NCBI GenBank assembly: GCA_902802985.1
Contig: CADCOE010000045.1
Location: forward strand, 7,051 to 71,050
Direction of reading: 5' to 3'
Source: an uncultured Ruminococcus sp.
Lineage (GTDB): Bacteria > Bacillota > Clostridia > Oscillospirales > Acutalibacteraceae
DNA length: 64,000 nt
The position numbers were made by a program, and so were the translations under genes. Below, in pieces: positions 37,715-47,899 of the stretch; within the stretch, counting starts at the first letter, position 1, and each line of letters starts with the position of its first letter. The notes below the pieces were generated by a model. That model did not search any database. It saw nothing but the letters and a program-made list of their open reading frames with translations, and was not told the DNA's origin.

Positions 37715-40700
37715 TTAGTCTACACTCTTCAAGGATTCTACCATACTGATTTTGTTCATTTTGAAGTACATAATAAAATTAACAAGCATTGAAAAAGCAA
37801 ATGTCAGCAAAAATCCATAAAGGTATGACGCAGGCTCCACTACCTTTGGAAACATTACCATATCCATTTGCAGAGAGTCCATTATGAAATCAGTAAATAA
37901 TGAACCAAGCAATAAACCAACGGCTCCGCCAACCAATGTTAATACAATGTTTTCACGGTACACATAATTGGCCGTTTCGAGGTCGTAGAATCCAAGTACT
38001 TTAATAGTTGCTATCTCACGTGTACGTTCCGCAATATTAATATTCGTAAGATTGTACAGAACTACCACAGCCAGCAATCCTGCACAGAATATCATCACAA
38101 ACACAATAAAATTTAACGATTCCAGGGTATCCTCAATCGCATCCACCTGATCAGAGATCAACGAAACCGTAACAATATCTTTATTTTTCATCCATTCATT
38201 GGCAATATCCGATTCCATATCCTTATATTGATCATTGGTCATCGTAAATATCATATTGTATCGAAGACGATTTTCTGTTATCTGCTGATAGTATTTCTCA
38301 GTCATATACAAATAATTGGAAGCATAATTTTCGGTAATGCCCGAAATTTTGCATTGATAATATTCTTCATCAACCGTAAAATTCAGTACATCACCCACTT
38401 TAATACCAAACACCTCTGCTAAACGTTCACTGATAACAGCTCCGTCGTCACTCAAACTGATTTTCTGATGTGTCTGACGGTTACGCAAAATAAACATCTG
38501 TTCAAATTCGTGCTGATTTTCTCCGATAACCATATGAATTTCAAGTCGATCTTCCTTTTTATCAGCATAAACATTCGTCCAATCCTGATATACGAGTAAT
38601 ACATTTGAAAAACGGTCATCCTTTCGGAACTGTGACATCAAATAGGACTTCTTATCTGCCGTTTCTGCTTCGGATAATGCATAAATCTGGTTATATTTTG
38701 TCAGTTCTCCAAATTGCCTTCCTGCAATAACTGTAATGGAATCCTTCAAGCCAAAACCGGCAATAATCAATGCGGTACAGCCCGCGACGCCGATCACTGT
38801 CATCAAAAATCTTGCCTTGTAACGGAAAAGATTTCTTGCTGTTACTTTGGAGGTAAAATTCATATGTTTCCAAATAAAGGGAATATGCTCCAATAAAATA
38901 CGCTTACCTGGCTTTGGGGCTTTAGGACGCATTAAAGTGGCAGGAGCAAGCGTCAGCTCGCGGAAACAGGAGATCACCGCTACAGCACAAGTACACAATA
39001 TCCCTGCCAGAGATGAAACAACAAAGCTCTGCCACGATATTACCAGCACTGTTTCCGGAAGCATATACATAATGCCATAGGTAGACACGATAATATACGG
39101 TAATGTCAACACACCAATCGTTCCGCCAATGATACTGCCCAGTGACGCTGCCAAAAATGCATATACAAAGTATTTGGAGCAAATATCAAAGCTTGAATAT
39201 CCTAATGCTTTCAGCGTACCGATTTCTGTGCGGCGTTCTTCCACCATTCGTGACATTGTCGTCAAGCATACCAATGCCGCAACAATGACAAAGAATACCG
39301 GAAATACGACCGCAATATTATCAACGCGGTTTGCATCTTCCGTCAGACCCGAATAACCTGGGTTATTATCACGATCATTGACATACCATTTGGCATTTTT
39401 GAGCATTTCAATTTTATCTTCGGCATCGATGAGTTTCTCTTCCGCTTCTGAAAGCTTTGTATTTGCCTCATACTTGCCCTGTATGAGCTTCTCTCTGGAA
39501 AGCTTGATCGTTTCAAGACCTGTTTTTTCTTGTTTTTCCAGTTCTTTTAAACCACTTTCCAGTTCCTTTTCCCCTTCGGTGATTTTTGTTTGAGCCGCCT
39601 GTAGTTCCAACATTCCTGTTGTCATTGCACTTTCATACTCAAGTTTACCGTTTTCCAGTTGTGCATTGGCATCATTCAGTTGATTTTGAGCATCAGCTAG
39701 CTGTAAAGCACCATTAGCTTTTTGTTCTTGGAATTCAGTTTGGGCATCATCCAGCCTTTGCTTGGCATCGGCAAGTTGTTGTTCACCTTCGGCAAGTTGT
39801 TTTTGTCCATCACTATATTGTATTTGATATTCGTCTATTTTTTTCTGATATTCATTCAATTTGGCATTTTGCTCATCAAGCTGTTTTTGAATATCATCCG
39901 TCAACAGTTCCACATTTTTCAGTTTTTCTATTTCATCTCTTGTTTTATTCAATACATCGCTGCAAGTATCAATAGCCGTTTTCATCAGTAAAAGCTTGGT
40001 TTCGGCATTAGGCTTGGTGGAAGAATAAAAAATCGTATATTGATTGTTATATTCTGTCTGCGCCGCATTAAGTTTACTTTGTGCCTGAGCAATCTGGGTA
40101 TCATAGTCTGTTTTAGCATTATTATACTGGTTTTGTGCGTCAGCATACAACATCTGACTTTCGGTTAATTTCCTTTTGGCTTCCGTCAGCTTATCAGAAT
40201 ATTCTTTTTGACCCTTGGCAAGCTTAGCTTTCGCATCATCAAGTTCCCTTTTTCCATCAGAAAGCTTTTGCCGTCCTGCAGTGATCTTTTCAAATAATTC
40301 ATACTCACCGTCAGCAAGCTTTTTTTCACCGTCTGTCAATTTGGTCTGTGTTTCTTTCTTTTTGTCAGCATATTCCTTTTTGGCATCAGACAGCTCTTTT
40401 TGGGCATCGGCAAGTGTTGTTGCATTAAACCTGTTAATACATTCCCCTGATATGGATTTGATCGTTTTCAGGTCTTCTTCTACCATAGCAGCATACTCGT
40501 CCGAAAAATCCGACACCTTTGAGTCTGAGGCACGGGTACGCACATAAAGATTAGTGTAGCGTTCGCTCTTAAATTCTTCCGGTTTGATCATCATATAAAA
40601 CAGCACTGATCCGTTGCCTACCGTAGTACTGCCTCTCTGATAAGTAACATAAAGCGGCGAATCAATAATACCGACAATTTTATATTCTTGATGTTTGAGG

Positions 40701-41215
40701 ATGTCATTGGTATCGGTCTTTTCTGTCTTTTCGCTGAACTTGATCACATCGCCTATCTTATAACCGTATTTCATATAGTAACTTTCAACGACACATTCAT
40801 CATCTTTGACAGGCAAATGCCCTTCCAACAGCATCAGTTCATTCATCACATTGGTATTCGTTTTTGTTTTTTGCGGCAGCGAATGCACACGCACCACACT
40901 GTCTACATTTTTTTGGCTGACAATCAAATCGGCTGTGTAGGCAGGCATAATCTCCTTAACACAATCTGTCTTTTTAATGGTCTGTATATCTTCATCGTCA
41001 AATCCAACTGTTGAAACCAAACTAATGTCCGCCAAATGGTGATCACCATAATACTGACGAGCCGTTTCCATCATACTGGGACTGGAAGAGCGTAATCCGG
41101 TATAAAATCCAACACTAATTCCGATAATTGCCAATATGGAAAGAAAACGGGATTTTGTGTTCAGAATTTCCCGTATTATATTTTTACGCAGCGATTTTTT
41201 CCCTTGTTTCTTCAT
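37715..41215 (-). CDS. giant FtsX-family ABC permease (two FtsX modules, ~10 TM) with a ~350-aa coiled-coil extracytoplasmic insert
   Basis: 1166 aa. The N-terminus LRKNIIREILNTKSRFLSILAIIGISVGF is typical of MacB/FtsX permeases. Residues ~255-600 are heptad-like (L.DG..EL.DAK.KL..G). Two TM triplets have FtsX topology. Confidence 0.85.
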   Translation of the reverse strand: MKKQGKKSLRKNIIREILNTKSRFLSILAIIGISVGFYTGLRSSSPSMMETARQYYGDHHLADISLVSTVGFDDEDIQTIKKTDCVKEIMPAYTADLIVSQKNVDSVVRVHSLPQKTKTNTNVMNELMLLEGHLPVKDDECVVESYYMKYGYKIGDVIKFSEKTEKTDTNDILKHQEYKIVGIIDSPLYVTYQRGSTTVGNGSVLFYMMIKPEEFKSERYTNLYVRTRASDSKVSDFSDEYAAMVEEDLKTIKSISGECINRFNATTLADAQKELSDAKKEYADKKKETQTKLTDGEKKLADGEYELFEKITAGRQKLSDGKRELDDAKAKLAKGQKEYSDKLTEAKRKLTESQMLYADAQNQYNNAKTDYDTQIAQAQSKLNAAQTEYNNQYTIFYSSTKPNAETKLLLMKTAIDTCSDVLNKTRDEIEKLKNVELLTDDIQKQLDEQNAKLNEYQKKIDEYQIQYSDGQKQLAEGEQQLADAKQRLDDAQTEFQEQKANGALQLADAQNQLNDANAQLENGKLEYESAMTTGMLELQAAQTKITEGEKELESGLKELEKQEKTGLETIKLSREKLIQGKYEANTKLSEAEEKLIDAEDKIEMLKNAKWYVNDRDNNPGYSGLTEDANRVDNIAVVFPVFFVIVAALVCLTTMSRMVEERRTEIGTLKALGYSSFDICSKYFVYAFLAASLGSIIGGTIGVLTLPYIIVSTYGIMYMLPETVLVISWQSFVVSSLAGILCTCAVAVISCFRELTLAPATLMRPKAPKPGKRILLEHIPFIWKHMNFTSKVTARNLFRYKARFLMTVIGVAGCTALIIAGFGLKDSITVIAGRQFGELTKYNQIYALSEAETADKKSYLMSQFRKDDRFSNVLLVYQDWTNVYADKKEDRLEIHMVIGENQHEFEQMFILRNRQTHQKISLSDDGAVISERLAEVFGIKVGDVLNFTVDEEYYQCKISGITENYASNYLYMTEKYYQQITENRLRYNMIFTMTNDQYKDMESDIANEWMKNKDIVTVSLISDQVDAIEDTLESLNFIVFVMIFCAGLLAVVVLYNLTNINIAERTREIATIKVLGFYDLETANYVYRENIVLTLVGGAVGLLLGSLFTDFIMDSLQMDMVMFPKVVEPASYLYGFLLTFAFSMLVNFIMYFKMNKISMVESLKSVD

Positions 41216-41372
41216 ATTCTGCCATCCATTCCACCTTTACTATTGCTCAGATGAGCGGCAAGGAAATGTTGTTGCCCTCTTTCTATCGCATCGCCATCTC
41301 TGGCAAACTTACAAACTGCACTTGAAAAGGATATAGGTTATGCTCACTGCACAACAAATCTCTGTCTGAAAA

Positions 41373-42080
41373 TTACCATTCAATTTTTTCAATCGGAAGT
41401 GGATTATGATTAACTACATTGCTGATCACTTTACCGCTACGCATATTGATCACACGATTTGCCATCGGTGTGATTGCAGAATTATGAGTGATCAGCACTA
41501 CTGTCATACCGTCTTCAATACATTTCGTCTGAAGCAGTTTCAAAATATTTTTTCCTGTATTATAATCCAAAGCTCCTGTAGGCTCGTCACAAAGCAACAA
41601 TTTGGGTTTTTTAGCCAGTGCCCTTGCGATGGATACTCGCTGCTGTTCGCCGCCGGAAAGTTGTGATGGAAAATTATTCTTACGTTCAGATAAACCGACA
41701 CTATCCAACACCGTGTCCGCATCAATGGAGTCACGACAAATCTGCGTAGCAAGCTCTACATTTTCTTTTGCTGTCAGATTTGGCACCAAATTGTAAAACT
41801 GAAATACAAATCCAATATCATAGCGCCGATAAGATGCCAACTCACGCTTATTAAGGTGACTGATGTCCTTACCGCCTACCATAATTCTGCCCTCATCACA
41901 GCTGTCAATACCGCCCAATATATTGAGAACAGTCGTTTTGCCGGCTCCGCTTAGTCCCACAACAACAGCAAACTCACCCTCATTAATAGAAAATGTAACC
42001 CCATCGGCAGCTGTAATCGTTACCTCGCCCATTTTATAACGCTTATATACATTATCAAATTCTACAAAGTTTTTTATCAT
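41373..42080 (-). CDS. MacB/LolD-type ABC transporter ATP-binding protein
   Basis: It has Walker [10 protein letters not shown], signature LSGGEQQRV and Walker [12 protein letters not shown]. Confidence 0.9.
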   Translation of the reverse strand: MIKNFVEFDNVYKRYKMGEVTITAADGVTFSINEGEFAVVVGLSGAGKTTVLNILGGIDSCDEGRIMVGGKDISHLNKRELASYRRYDIGFVFQFYNLVPNLTAKENVELATQICRDSIDADTVLDSVGLSERKNNFPSQLSGGEQQRVSIARALAKKPKLLLCDEPTGALDYNTGKNILKLLQTKCIEDGMTVVLITHNSAITPMANRVINMRSGKVISNVVNHNPLPIEKIEW

Positions 42081-42112
42081 TTTTATGTCACCACTGATTA
42101 TTTTGGTTGGTA

Positions 42113-43804
42113 CTATATAGCTGAGTTTTCATCAAGCCACTGCACAGCTGTTTCAGCTACTTCCCGAAGTGCCTGTTCATCGAACGGAGATTTTAATCCG
42201 GCTGTTTGTACAAGCTCATCAAAGGTTTGTGTACCTGCTTTGCGTACCAATTTCATATAGCGTTCCCACGCTTCGTCACGGTTGGTTTGCATGATTGTCC
42301 AAAACTCCAGTGCAACGGTTTGTGCAAGACAATAGTCAATATAATAAAACGGATTTTCGTAGATATGAAGCTGACGCTGCCAGCCCTTGCCTTCACCGTA
42401 AAACGGCGAGCCATCCAACTTCATCCACGGCATATATACACGCAGCAATTCCTGCCAAACATGATGGCGTTGCAGAGGTGTCATTGCTGGATTTTCATAA
42501 ACAATATGCTGAAAATGATCCACCATTGTACCATAAGGAATAAACGTGATTGCTCCGAACAAATGACTGTAACGAAACTTTCTGCTTTCTGTTCCAAAAA
42601 AGTCCTCACTGCAATGCCATCCGAAAAATTCCATCGTCATAGAATGTATCTCACACGCTTCCAAGGTGGGACTTTGGTTATCGGAAGGCTTAATATTTCT
42701 TGCTACATAAAAAGCAAATGCGTGACCTGCTTCATGGGTGATTACTTCAACGTCATCTGCTGTGCCATTAAAATTAGCAAAGATAAAGGGAACTTTATAA
42801 TCTGCCAATTGTGTGCAGTATCCGCCTCCTGCTTTGCCTTTTTTACTGAGCACATCCATCAGACCGTCGTTATACATCATATCAATAAATTCGCCGCTTT
42901 CCTGCGAAAGAGAATGGTAAAGCTTTTTACCTACGGCAAGAATATCATCCGCACTGCCCTGCGGCTTAGGATTACCGTCACGGAACTTCAACGCCGCATC
43001 AGCAAAAGTAAACGGATATTCCAATCCTGTTCGTTCGGCTTGTTCACGATATAATCTGTCTGCCAGCGGAACAATGTATTTGACCACGGCTGAACGAAAT
43101 TTTTTGACGTCGTTGGCAGTATAACAATTACGATTCATTTGCAGGTATCCCAACTGAACAAAATTAGAATAGCCCAGTTTACGTGCCATTTTATCACGAA
43201 GTTTCACCATATTGTCATAAATATCATCAAGCTCTTTTCCGTGGCTGTTATAAAAATCCGCTTCAGCCTTCCAAGCCTTACGGCGTATCTCATCATTTGC
43301 AGATTGTTTGTAAGGATACATTTGGGAAATGGTTTTCTTTTCACCGTCAAATTCTATCTGTGCCGAAGCAATCAGCTTTTGATAGGCGGTTTCAAGTTTA
43401 TTGGTTTCTTGTGTTTCAGAAACAATCTCAGGAGAAAAAGCTTTGAGAAAAATTTCTGCATTTAGAAAAATAACTCTTCCGTATTTTTCTTCCAATTGAG
43501 AGCGAAACGGACTTGTCACCAACACTTTGGCAAAGCTTTGCTGTATTTCTGTAAATTTAGGTGAAATTTCATCAATATATTCCACCTCTTTGTCATAAAA
43601 TTCATCGGTAGTATCAATCGTATGACGCACATAAGCAAGATTGATCATTGTATCAATATGGGCAGTAAAATCATCCCATTGCATCAATGCGGCATCCGCT
43701 TCAGAAAAAGTAACAGCATTTTGAAATTTCAATTTCAACTGTTCGGCAAAAGCAGCGGATAATTCTATATCAGGACGTTCGTATCGCATTTCGGAGAAAT
43801 TCAT
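42113..43804 (-). CDS. pepF: M3B-family oligoendopeptidase (PepF-like)
   Basis: 563 aa with the zinc motif THEAGHAF and a downstream E ligand (EIHSM). Confidence 0.85.
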   Translation of the reverse strand: MNFSEMRYERPDIELSAAFAEQLKLKFQNAVTFSEADAALMQWDDFTAHIDTMINLAYVRHTIDTTDEFYDKEVEYIDEISPKFTEIQQSFAKVLVTSPFRSQLEEKYGRVIFLNAEIFLKAFSPEIVSETQETNKLETAYQKLIASAQIEFDGEKKTISQMYPYKQSANDEIRRKAWKAEADFYNSHGKELDDIYDNMVKLRDKMARKLGYSNFVQLGYLQMNRNCYTANDVKKFRSAVVKYIVPLADRLYREQAERTGLEYPFTFADAALKFRDGNPKPQGSADDILAVGKKLYHSLSQESGEFIDMMYNDGLMDVLSKKGKAGGGYCTQLADYKVPFIFANFNGTADDVEVITHEAGHAFAFYVARNIKPSDNQSPTLEACEIHSMTMEFFGWHCSEDFFGTESRKFRYSHLFGAITFIPYGTMVDHFQHIVYENPAMTPLQRHHVWQELLRVYMPWMKLDGSPFYGEGKGWQRQLHIYENPFYYIDYCLAQTVALEFWTIMQTNRDEAWERYMKLVRKAGTQTFDELVQTAGLKSPFDEQALREVAETAVQWLDENSAI

Positions 43805-43924
43805 ATTATTACCTCCATAAAATATAGTACAATCGGTATTATTTTACACCTAATAAAATAAATTTGCAATGAAAAATTAAAAATATCAGAAAAATTATAA
43901 ATTGGAATATAAAATAAAAAATGA

Positions 43925-43959
43925 AAGTAAAACAAACAGCCGTTTGGACGGCTGTTTGT
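43925..43959 (-). terminator. intrinsic terminator after purD
   Basis: A 12-bp ACAAACAGCCGT / ACGGCTGTTTGT stem followed on the minus strand by TTTACTTTCATTTTTT. Confidence 0.7.
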
Positions 43960-43993
43960 GATAAAACATCATTTTTTTTACAGTAATGTTGCA

Positions 43994-45259
43994 TTATTTT
44001 GTTTTTCCGATGTCCGTACGGTAGTGTGCTCCCTCAAAAGAGATTTTCTTGACAGCATCATACGCTTTATCAAGTGCCTTATCCAGTGTTTCTGCAGCAG
44101 CGGTCACACCAAGCACACGTCCACCGTTAGTGTAAAACTTCCCGTTTTCAAACTTAGTACCTGCGTGGTAAACTGTGACTCCTTCTACTTGGCCGTTTTC
44201 ATCAAGTCCATACATTTCTATTCCTTTTTTGTAAGAAAGAGGATAACCACCCGATGCCATTACTACACAAGCAGTTGTTTCCTTGCTCCACTCAATATCC
44301 AGTTGTGAAAGTCTTTCATCAATTACTGCTTCAATAATATCCACCAAATCGGTTTTGAGCCGAGGAAGAACGACCTGTGCTTCGGGATCTCCAAAACGTG
44401 CATTGTACTCGATTACCTTCGGTCCATCGGAAGTAATCATCAGACCAAAATACAAACAACCCTTAAATTTACGGTTCTCGCTGTTCATTGCAGCTACTGT
44501 CGGTTCAAAAATAGTCTTTCGGCAAATTTCTGCCATTTCATCAGTGTAATACGGGTTAGGACTGATGGTACCCATACCGCCGGTATTGAGCCCCTCATCA
44601 TTATCATAAGCCCTTTTGTGATCTTTAGACGATACCATCGGTTTCAGTGATATGCCGTCTGTAAAGGCAAGCACTGACACTTCGGGACCTGTCAGAAATT
44701 CTTCAACAACAACGTTGTTGCCGGAATCGCCAAATTTCTTATCTTCCATTATCTCTTTGACGGCAGCCTGTGCTTCACTATGGTTTTGTGCAATAATAAC
44801 ACCTTTGCCGAGTGCCAAACCATCCGCCTTGATGACAATCGGATATTTATTTTGTTTTTCAATGTAAGCCATAACCTCTTTCGGATCATCGAAAACAGCA
44901 TATCCGGCGGTTGGAATATTATATTTTTTCATCAGGTTTTTAGAAAAGACCTTACTGCTCTCTATGACCGCCGCATTGGCACGGGGACCAAACGCACGAA
45001 TACCTGCTCCCTCCAGTGCATCTACCATACCGGCTGCCAATGGATCATCCGGAGCCACAAAAACAAGATCTATATTGTTTTCTTTGGCAAAAGCAACCAT
45101 CTTTTCCTTGTCCATTACATTGATGTCAACACATTCTGCATCCTTTGAGATACCGCCATTGCCCGGTGCAGCATAAATCTTTTCTGCTTTAGGGCTTTCT
45201 TTCAGCTTGCGGATAATCGCATGTTCACGTCCACCGCTGCCGATTACAAGAATTTTCAT
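43994..45259 (-). CDS. purD: phosphoribosylamine-glycine ligase
   Basis: 421 aa with MKILVIGSGGREHA and an ATP-grasp core. Confidence 0.95.
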   Translation of the reverse strand: MKILVIGSGGREHAIIRKLKESPKAEKIYAAPGNGGISKDAECVDINVMDKEKMVAFAKENNIDLVFVAPDDPLAAGMVDALEGAGIRAFGPRANAAVIESSKVFSKNLMKKYNIPTAGYAVFDDPKEVMAYIEKQNKYPIVIKADGLALGKGVIIAQNHSEAQAAVKEIMEDKKFGDSGNNVVVEEFLTGPEVSVLAFTDGISLKPMVSSKDHKRAYDNDEGLNTGGMGTISPNPYYTDEMAEICRKTIFEPTVAAMNSENRKFKGCLYFGLMITSDGPKVIEYNARFGDPEAQVVLPRLKTDLVDIIEAVIDERLSQLDIEWSKETTACVVMASGGYPLSYKKGIEMYGLDENGQVEGVTVYHAGTKFENGKFYTNGGRVLGVTAAAETLDKALDKAYDAVKKISFEGAHYRTDIGKTK

Positions 45260-45281
45260 GCAAGGTTCCTCCCTGTTTGAA

Positions 45282-46460
45282 TTAGTGATGGAACAGACGA
45301 ATGCCTGTAAACGCCATCGTCATATGATACTTATTGCAAGTATCAATAACATTGTCATCACGGATAGAGCCGCCCGGCTGTGCAATATACTGTACACCGC
45401 TGCGTTTTGCACGTTCAATATTGTCGCCGAACGGGAAGAACGCATCCGATCCAAGGGAAACACCGCTAAATGTAGCAAGCCATTCTTTTTTCTCTTCTTT
45501 GGTCAGCGGTTCCGGCTTCGTGGTAAAGAACTGTTCCCAAATGCCGTCTGCCAATACATCCTCATAGTCATCCGAGATATAAACATCAATAGTATTATCA
45601 CGGTCGGGACGACGAATATTGTCTTTAAACGGCAGCGCAAGCACTTTGGGACATTGACGGAGATACCATATATCTGCTTTGTTGCCGGCAAGACGAGTGC
45701 AGTGAATTCTTGACTGCTGACCTGCTCCTACACCGATGGCCTGTCCATCCTTGGCATAGCATACAGAGTTAGACTGAGTATATTTCAATGTGATAAGAGC
45801 GATGATGAGGTCACGTTTGGCGTCTTCTGTCAGTTCTTTGTTTTCAGTTACAATATTTTTGAGCATTTCCTCGTCAATTTTAAGATTATTTCTGCCCTGT
45901 TCAAAAGTGATGCCATATATCTGCTTATGCTCAATTTCAGCAGGAACATAAGAGGTGTCTATTTTTACTACGTTATAGGTACCCTTACGTTTTGATTTAA
46001 GAATTTCCAGTGCTTCCTCCGTATAATCAGGGGCAATAATGCCGTCAGATACTTCTCTTTGAAGAAGCAGTGCCGTCTGCTTGTCACAGGTATCAGAAAG
46101 AGCAACCCAGTCACCGTAAGAGGACATTCTGTCTGCTCCTCTTGCTTTTGCATAAGCACTGGCAATAGGCGAAAGTTCCAGATCATCCACAAAATAGATT
46201 TTTTTGAGCGTATCTGAAAGTTCTGTTGCTACCGCTGCACCTGCAGGACTTACGTGCTTGAACGAGGCTGCCGCAGGAAGCCCTGTGGCTGCTTTTAGTT
46301 CGCTGACGAGCTGCCATGAATTAAAGGCATCCAAAAAGTTGATATATCCTGGTTTGCCGTTGAGTATTGTAACAGGAAGTTCCGAACCATCCTGCATATA
46401 AATTTTTGACGGCTTTTGATTTGGGTTACAGCCGTATTTCAGTTCGAGTTCACTTGCCAT
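45282..46460 (-). CDS. purH: AICAR formyltransferase (AICARFT domain only; no MGS-like IMP cyclohydrolase domain)
   Basis: 392 aa starting LKYGCNPNQ and ending FTGIRLFHH. It corresponds to the C-terminal half of bifunctional PurH. Confidence 0.9.
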   Translation of the reverse strand: MASELELKYGCNPNQKPSKIYMQDGSELPVTILNGKPGYINFLDAFNSWQLVSELKAATGLPAAASFKHVSPAGAAVATELSDTLKKIYFVDDLELSPIASAYAKARGADRMSSYGDWVALSDTCDKQTALLLQREVSDGIIAPDYTEEALEILKSKRKGTYNVVKIDTSYVPAEIEHKQIYGITFEQGRNNLKIDEEMLKNIVTENKELTEDAKRDLIIALITLKYTQSNSVCYAKDGQAIGVGAGQQSRIHCTRLAGNKADIWYLRQCPKVLALPFKDNIRRPDRDNTIDVYISDDYEDVLADGIWEQFFTTKPEPLTKEEKKEWLATFSGVSLGSDAFFPFGDNIERAKRSGVQYIAQPGGSIRDDNVIDTCNKYHMTMAFTGIRLFHH

Positions 46461-46479
46461 TGTTCATATCCCCTTTTGA

Positions 46480-47187
46480 TCATTGATTTTTGTTAATAAT
46501 TCTGTCTTCAAATTTGCCTGTTGCAAGATCAATAAATCTAGTATAAAGCGAAACTTTATTGTCAGCATTAAGTGCATTCCAGACATTATCGGTAAAAGTG
46601 TCAATATCGCCTTCAATATTGATCAATGTCGGCTCGCCCTCAAAAGAAGGGATCGGATTACCGTCACACTGATAAGTGTGAATAAAATGTCCTTCCCCTG
46701 CTACGGGCTGTGGATATTCATAGAAGAAACGCAATGCAGACGCCTCTCTTCCCTCGTTGCTTTTCAAGATAGACATTTTATAGGAAAAATCACCGTCCGA
46801 CAATTCCAATACACCAGAAATTCTTGGAGTAAAGTTCGGCGGATCAGGCTCAAAGGTACGGGTACGCAGGGCATCCTCAAAAGTTTTTCCCTCAAGAATA
46901 AACTCTCTGACAGTATCGGTCTGATCACCGTTAGTAACGACCGTGGTCTTTTCAAGTGTACGAACAGGTGCATAAATGATCAGTGACGGGTCAGAAATCT
47001 TAGAGGGGTCAAATGCCTGTGTTTTGAGGTCTTTGCCTTCCGCAACAAATACTCTGTTTCTGCTGTTTTCACTTCTGCCCATAATGAAATATCCGATCAC
47101 CGCTTTGGTACCATCGGCACTTTTGCCAATAATAATTCCTCTGCCGGGATAAGTAGTAGAAGAAATTTCTGTCTTTAAATCTGTCAT
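46480..47187 (-). CDS. PurO-like (archaeal-type) IMP cyclohydrolase
   Basis: 235 aa with YPGRGIIIGKS...GYFIMGRSENSRNR and TNGDQTD. The start was set at ATG 47187 (RBS aaaggaa). Confidence 0.8.
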   Translation of the reverse strand: MTDLKTEISSTTYPGRGIIIGKSADGTKAVIGYFIMGRSENSRNRVFVAEGKDLKTQAFDPSKISDPSLIIYAPVRTLEKTTVVTNGDQTDTVREFILEGKTFEDALRTRTFEPDPPNFTPRISGVLELSDGDFSYKMSILKSNEGREASALRFFYEYPQPVAGEGHFIHTYQCDGNPIPSFEGEPTLINIEGDIDTFTDNVWNALNADNKVSLYTRFIDLATGKFEDRIINKNQ

Positions 47188-47246
47188 ATTAACATTCCTT
47201 TCGGATAAATTTCTGTCAGTGTTTATAATCACTGTGTATCAATTCC

Positions 47247-47873
47247 TTACGGCAAACAGATCACCCTATTGTCTTTTATCTGTAATCTGTCTTCGCAGAA
47301 CAAAGAAACTGCCTGTGGGAGAATTTTCCACTCTGCTTGCTCCATCACTCTTTTCTGGAGTGTTTCGGGAGTATCGTCATCCAGAACTTCTACCCCTTTC
47401 TGAAGAATAATAGGGCCGCCGTCACACACCTCTGTGACAAAATGAACCGTTGCTCCCGTGAGCTTAACTCCCTTTTTTAGGACTTCTTCGTGAACTCTCA
47501 GACCATAATAGCCTTTTCCGCAAAAACTCGGAATCAATGCCGGATGTACATTCATCATTTTATACGGATATGCCTTGACGACCAACTCGTCCAATATGGT
47601 CATAAAGCCTGCATAAACCACCAGATCTGCCTGTTCTTCATTCAATGCGGCAAGGATGGCCTTACTGTATTCTACAGAATCGGTATATTCTTTTCTGGCA
47701 ATAACTCTGGATGGAATGCCGTGATTTTTGGCTCTTTCCAAAGCGTATACACTCGGTTTGGAAGAAATAACACAAGTGATTTTACCTCCCTGAATGAAAC
47801 CGTTTTCCTGTGCGTCGATCAATGCCTGTAAATTTGTTCCACCGCCTGAAACAAGTACTACAATATTTTTCAT
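47247..47873 (-). CDS. purN: phosphoribosylglycinamide formyltransferase
   Basis: It has VLVSGGGTNLQA and MNVHPALIP...G motifs. The start was set at ATG 47873 (RBS aaaggaaa). Confidence 0.95.
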   Translation of the reverse strand: MKNIVVLVSGGGTNLQALIDAQENGFIQGGKITCVISSKPSVYALERAKNHGIPSRVIARKEYTDSVEYSKAILAALNEEQADLVVYAGFMTILDELVVKAYPYKMMNVHPALIPSFCGKGYYGLRVHEEVLKKGVKLTGATVHFVTEVCDGGPIILQKGVEVLDDDTPETLQKRVMEQAEWKILPQAVSLFCEDRLQIKDNRVICLP

Positions 47874-47899
47874 ATTTCTGTTTCCTTTCGGTACAGCGA

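Noticed and set aside
39415-40450. Periodic pattern in the FtsX gene
   Set aside because: It reflects heptad-like coiled-coil coding. The units are degenerate at the DNA level, so it is not a repeat element.
41216-41372. Small ORFs in the spacer between the ABC ATPase and FtsX genes
   Set aside because: Only 4-5-codon ORFs (MAMR, MDGRI) without an RBS are present, so they are unlikely to be coding.
42206-43054. 282-aa plus-strand ORF antisense to pepF
   Set aside because: It lies entirely inside a gene with a clear M3 peptidase signature on the other strand. It has no RBS and a Cys/Phe/Ile-rich composition typical of mirror-frame ORFs.
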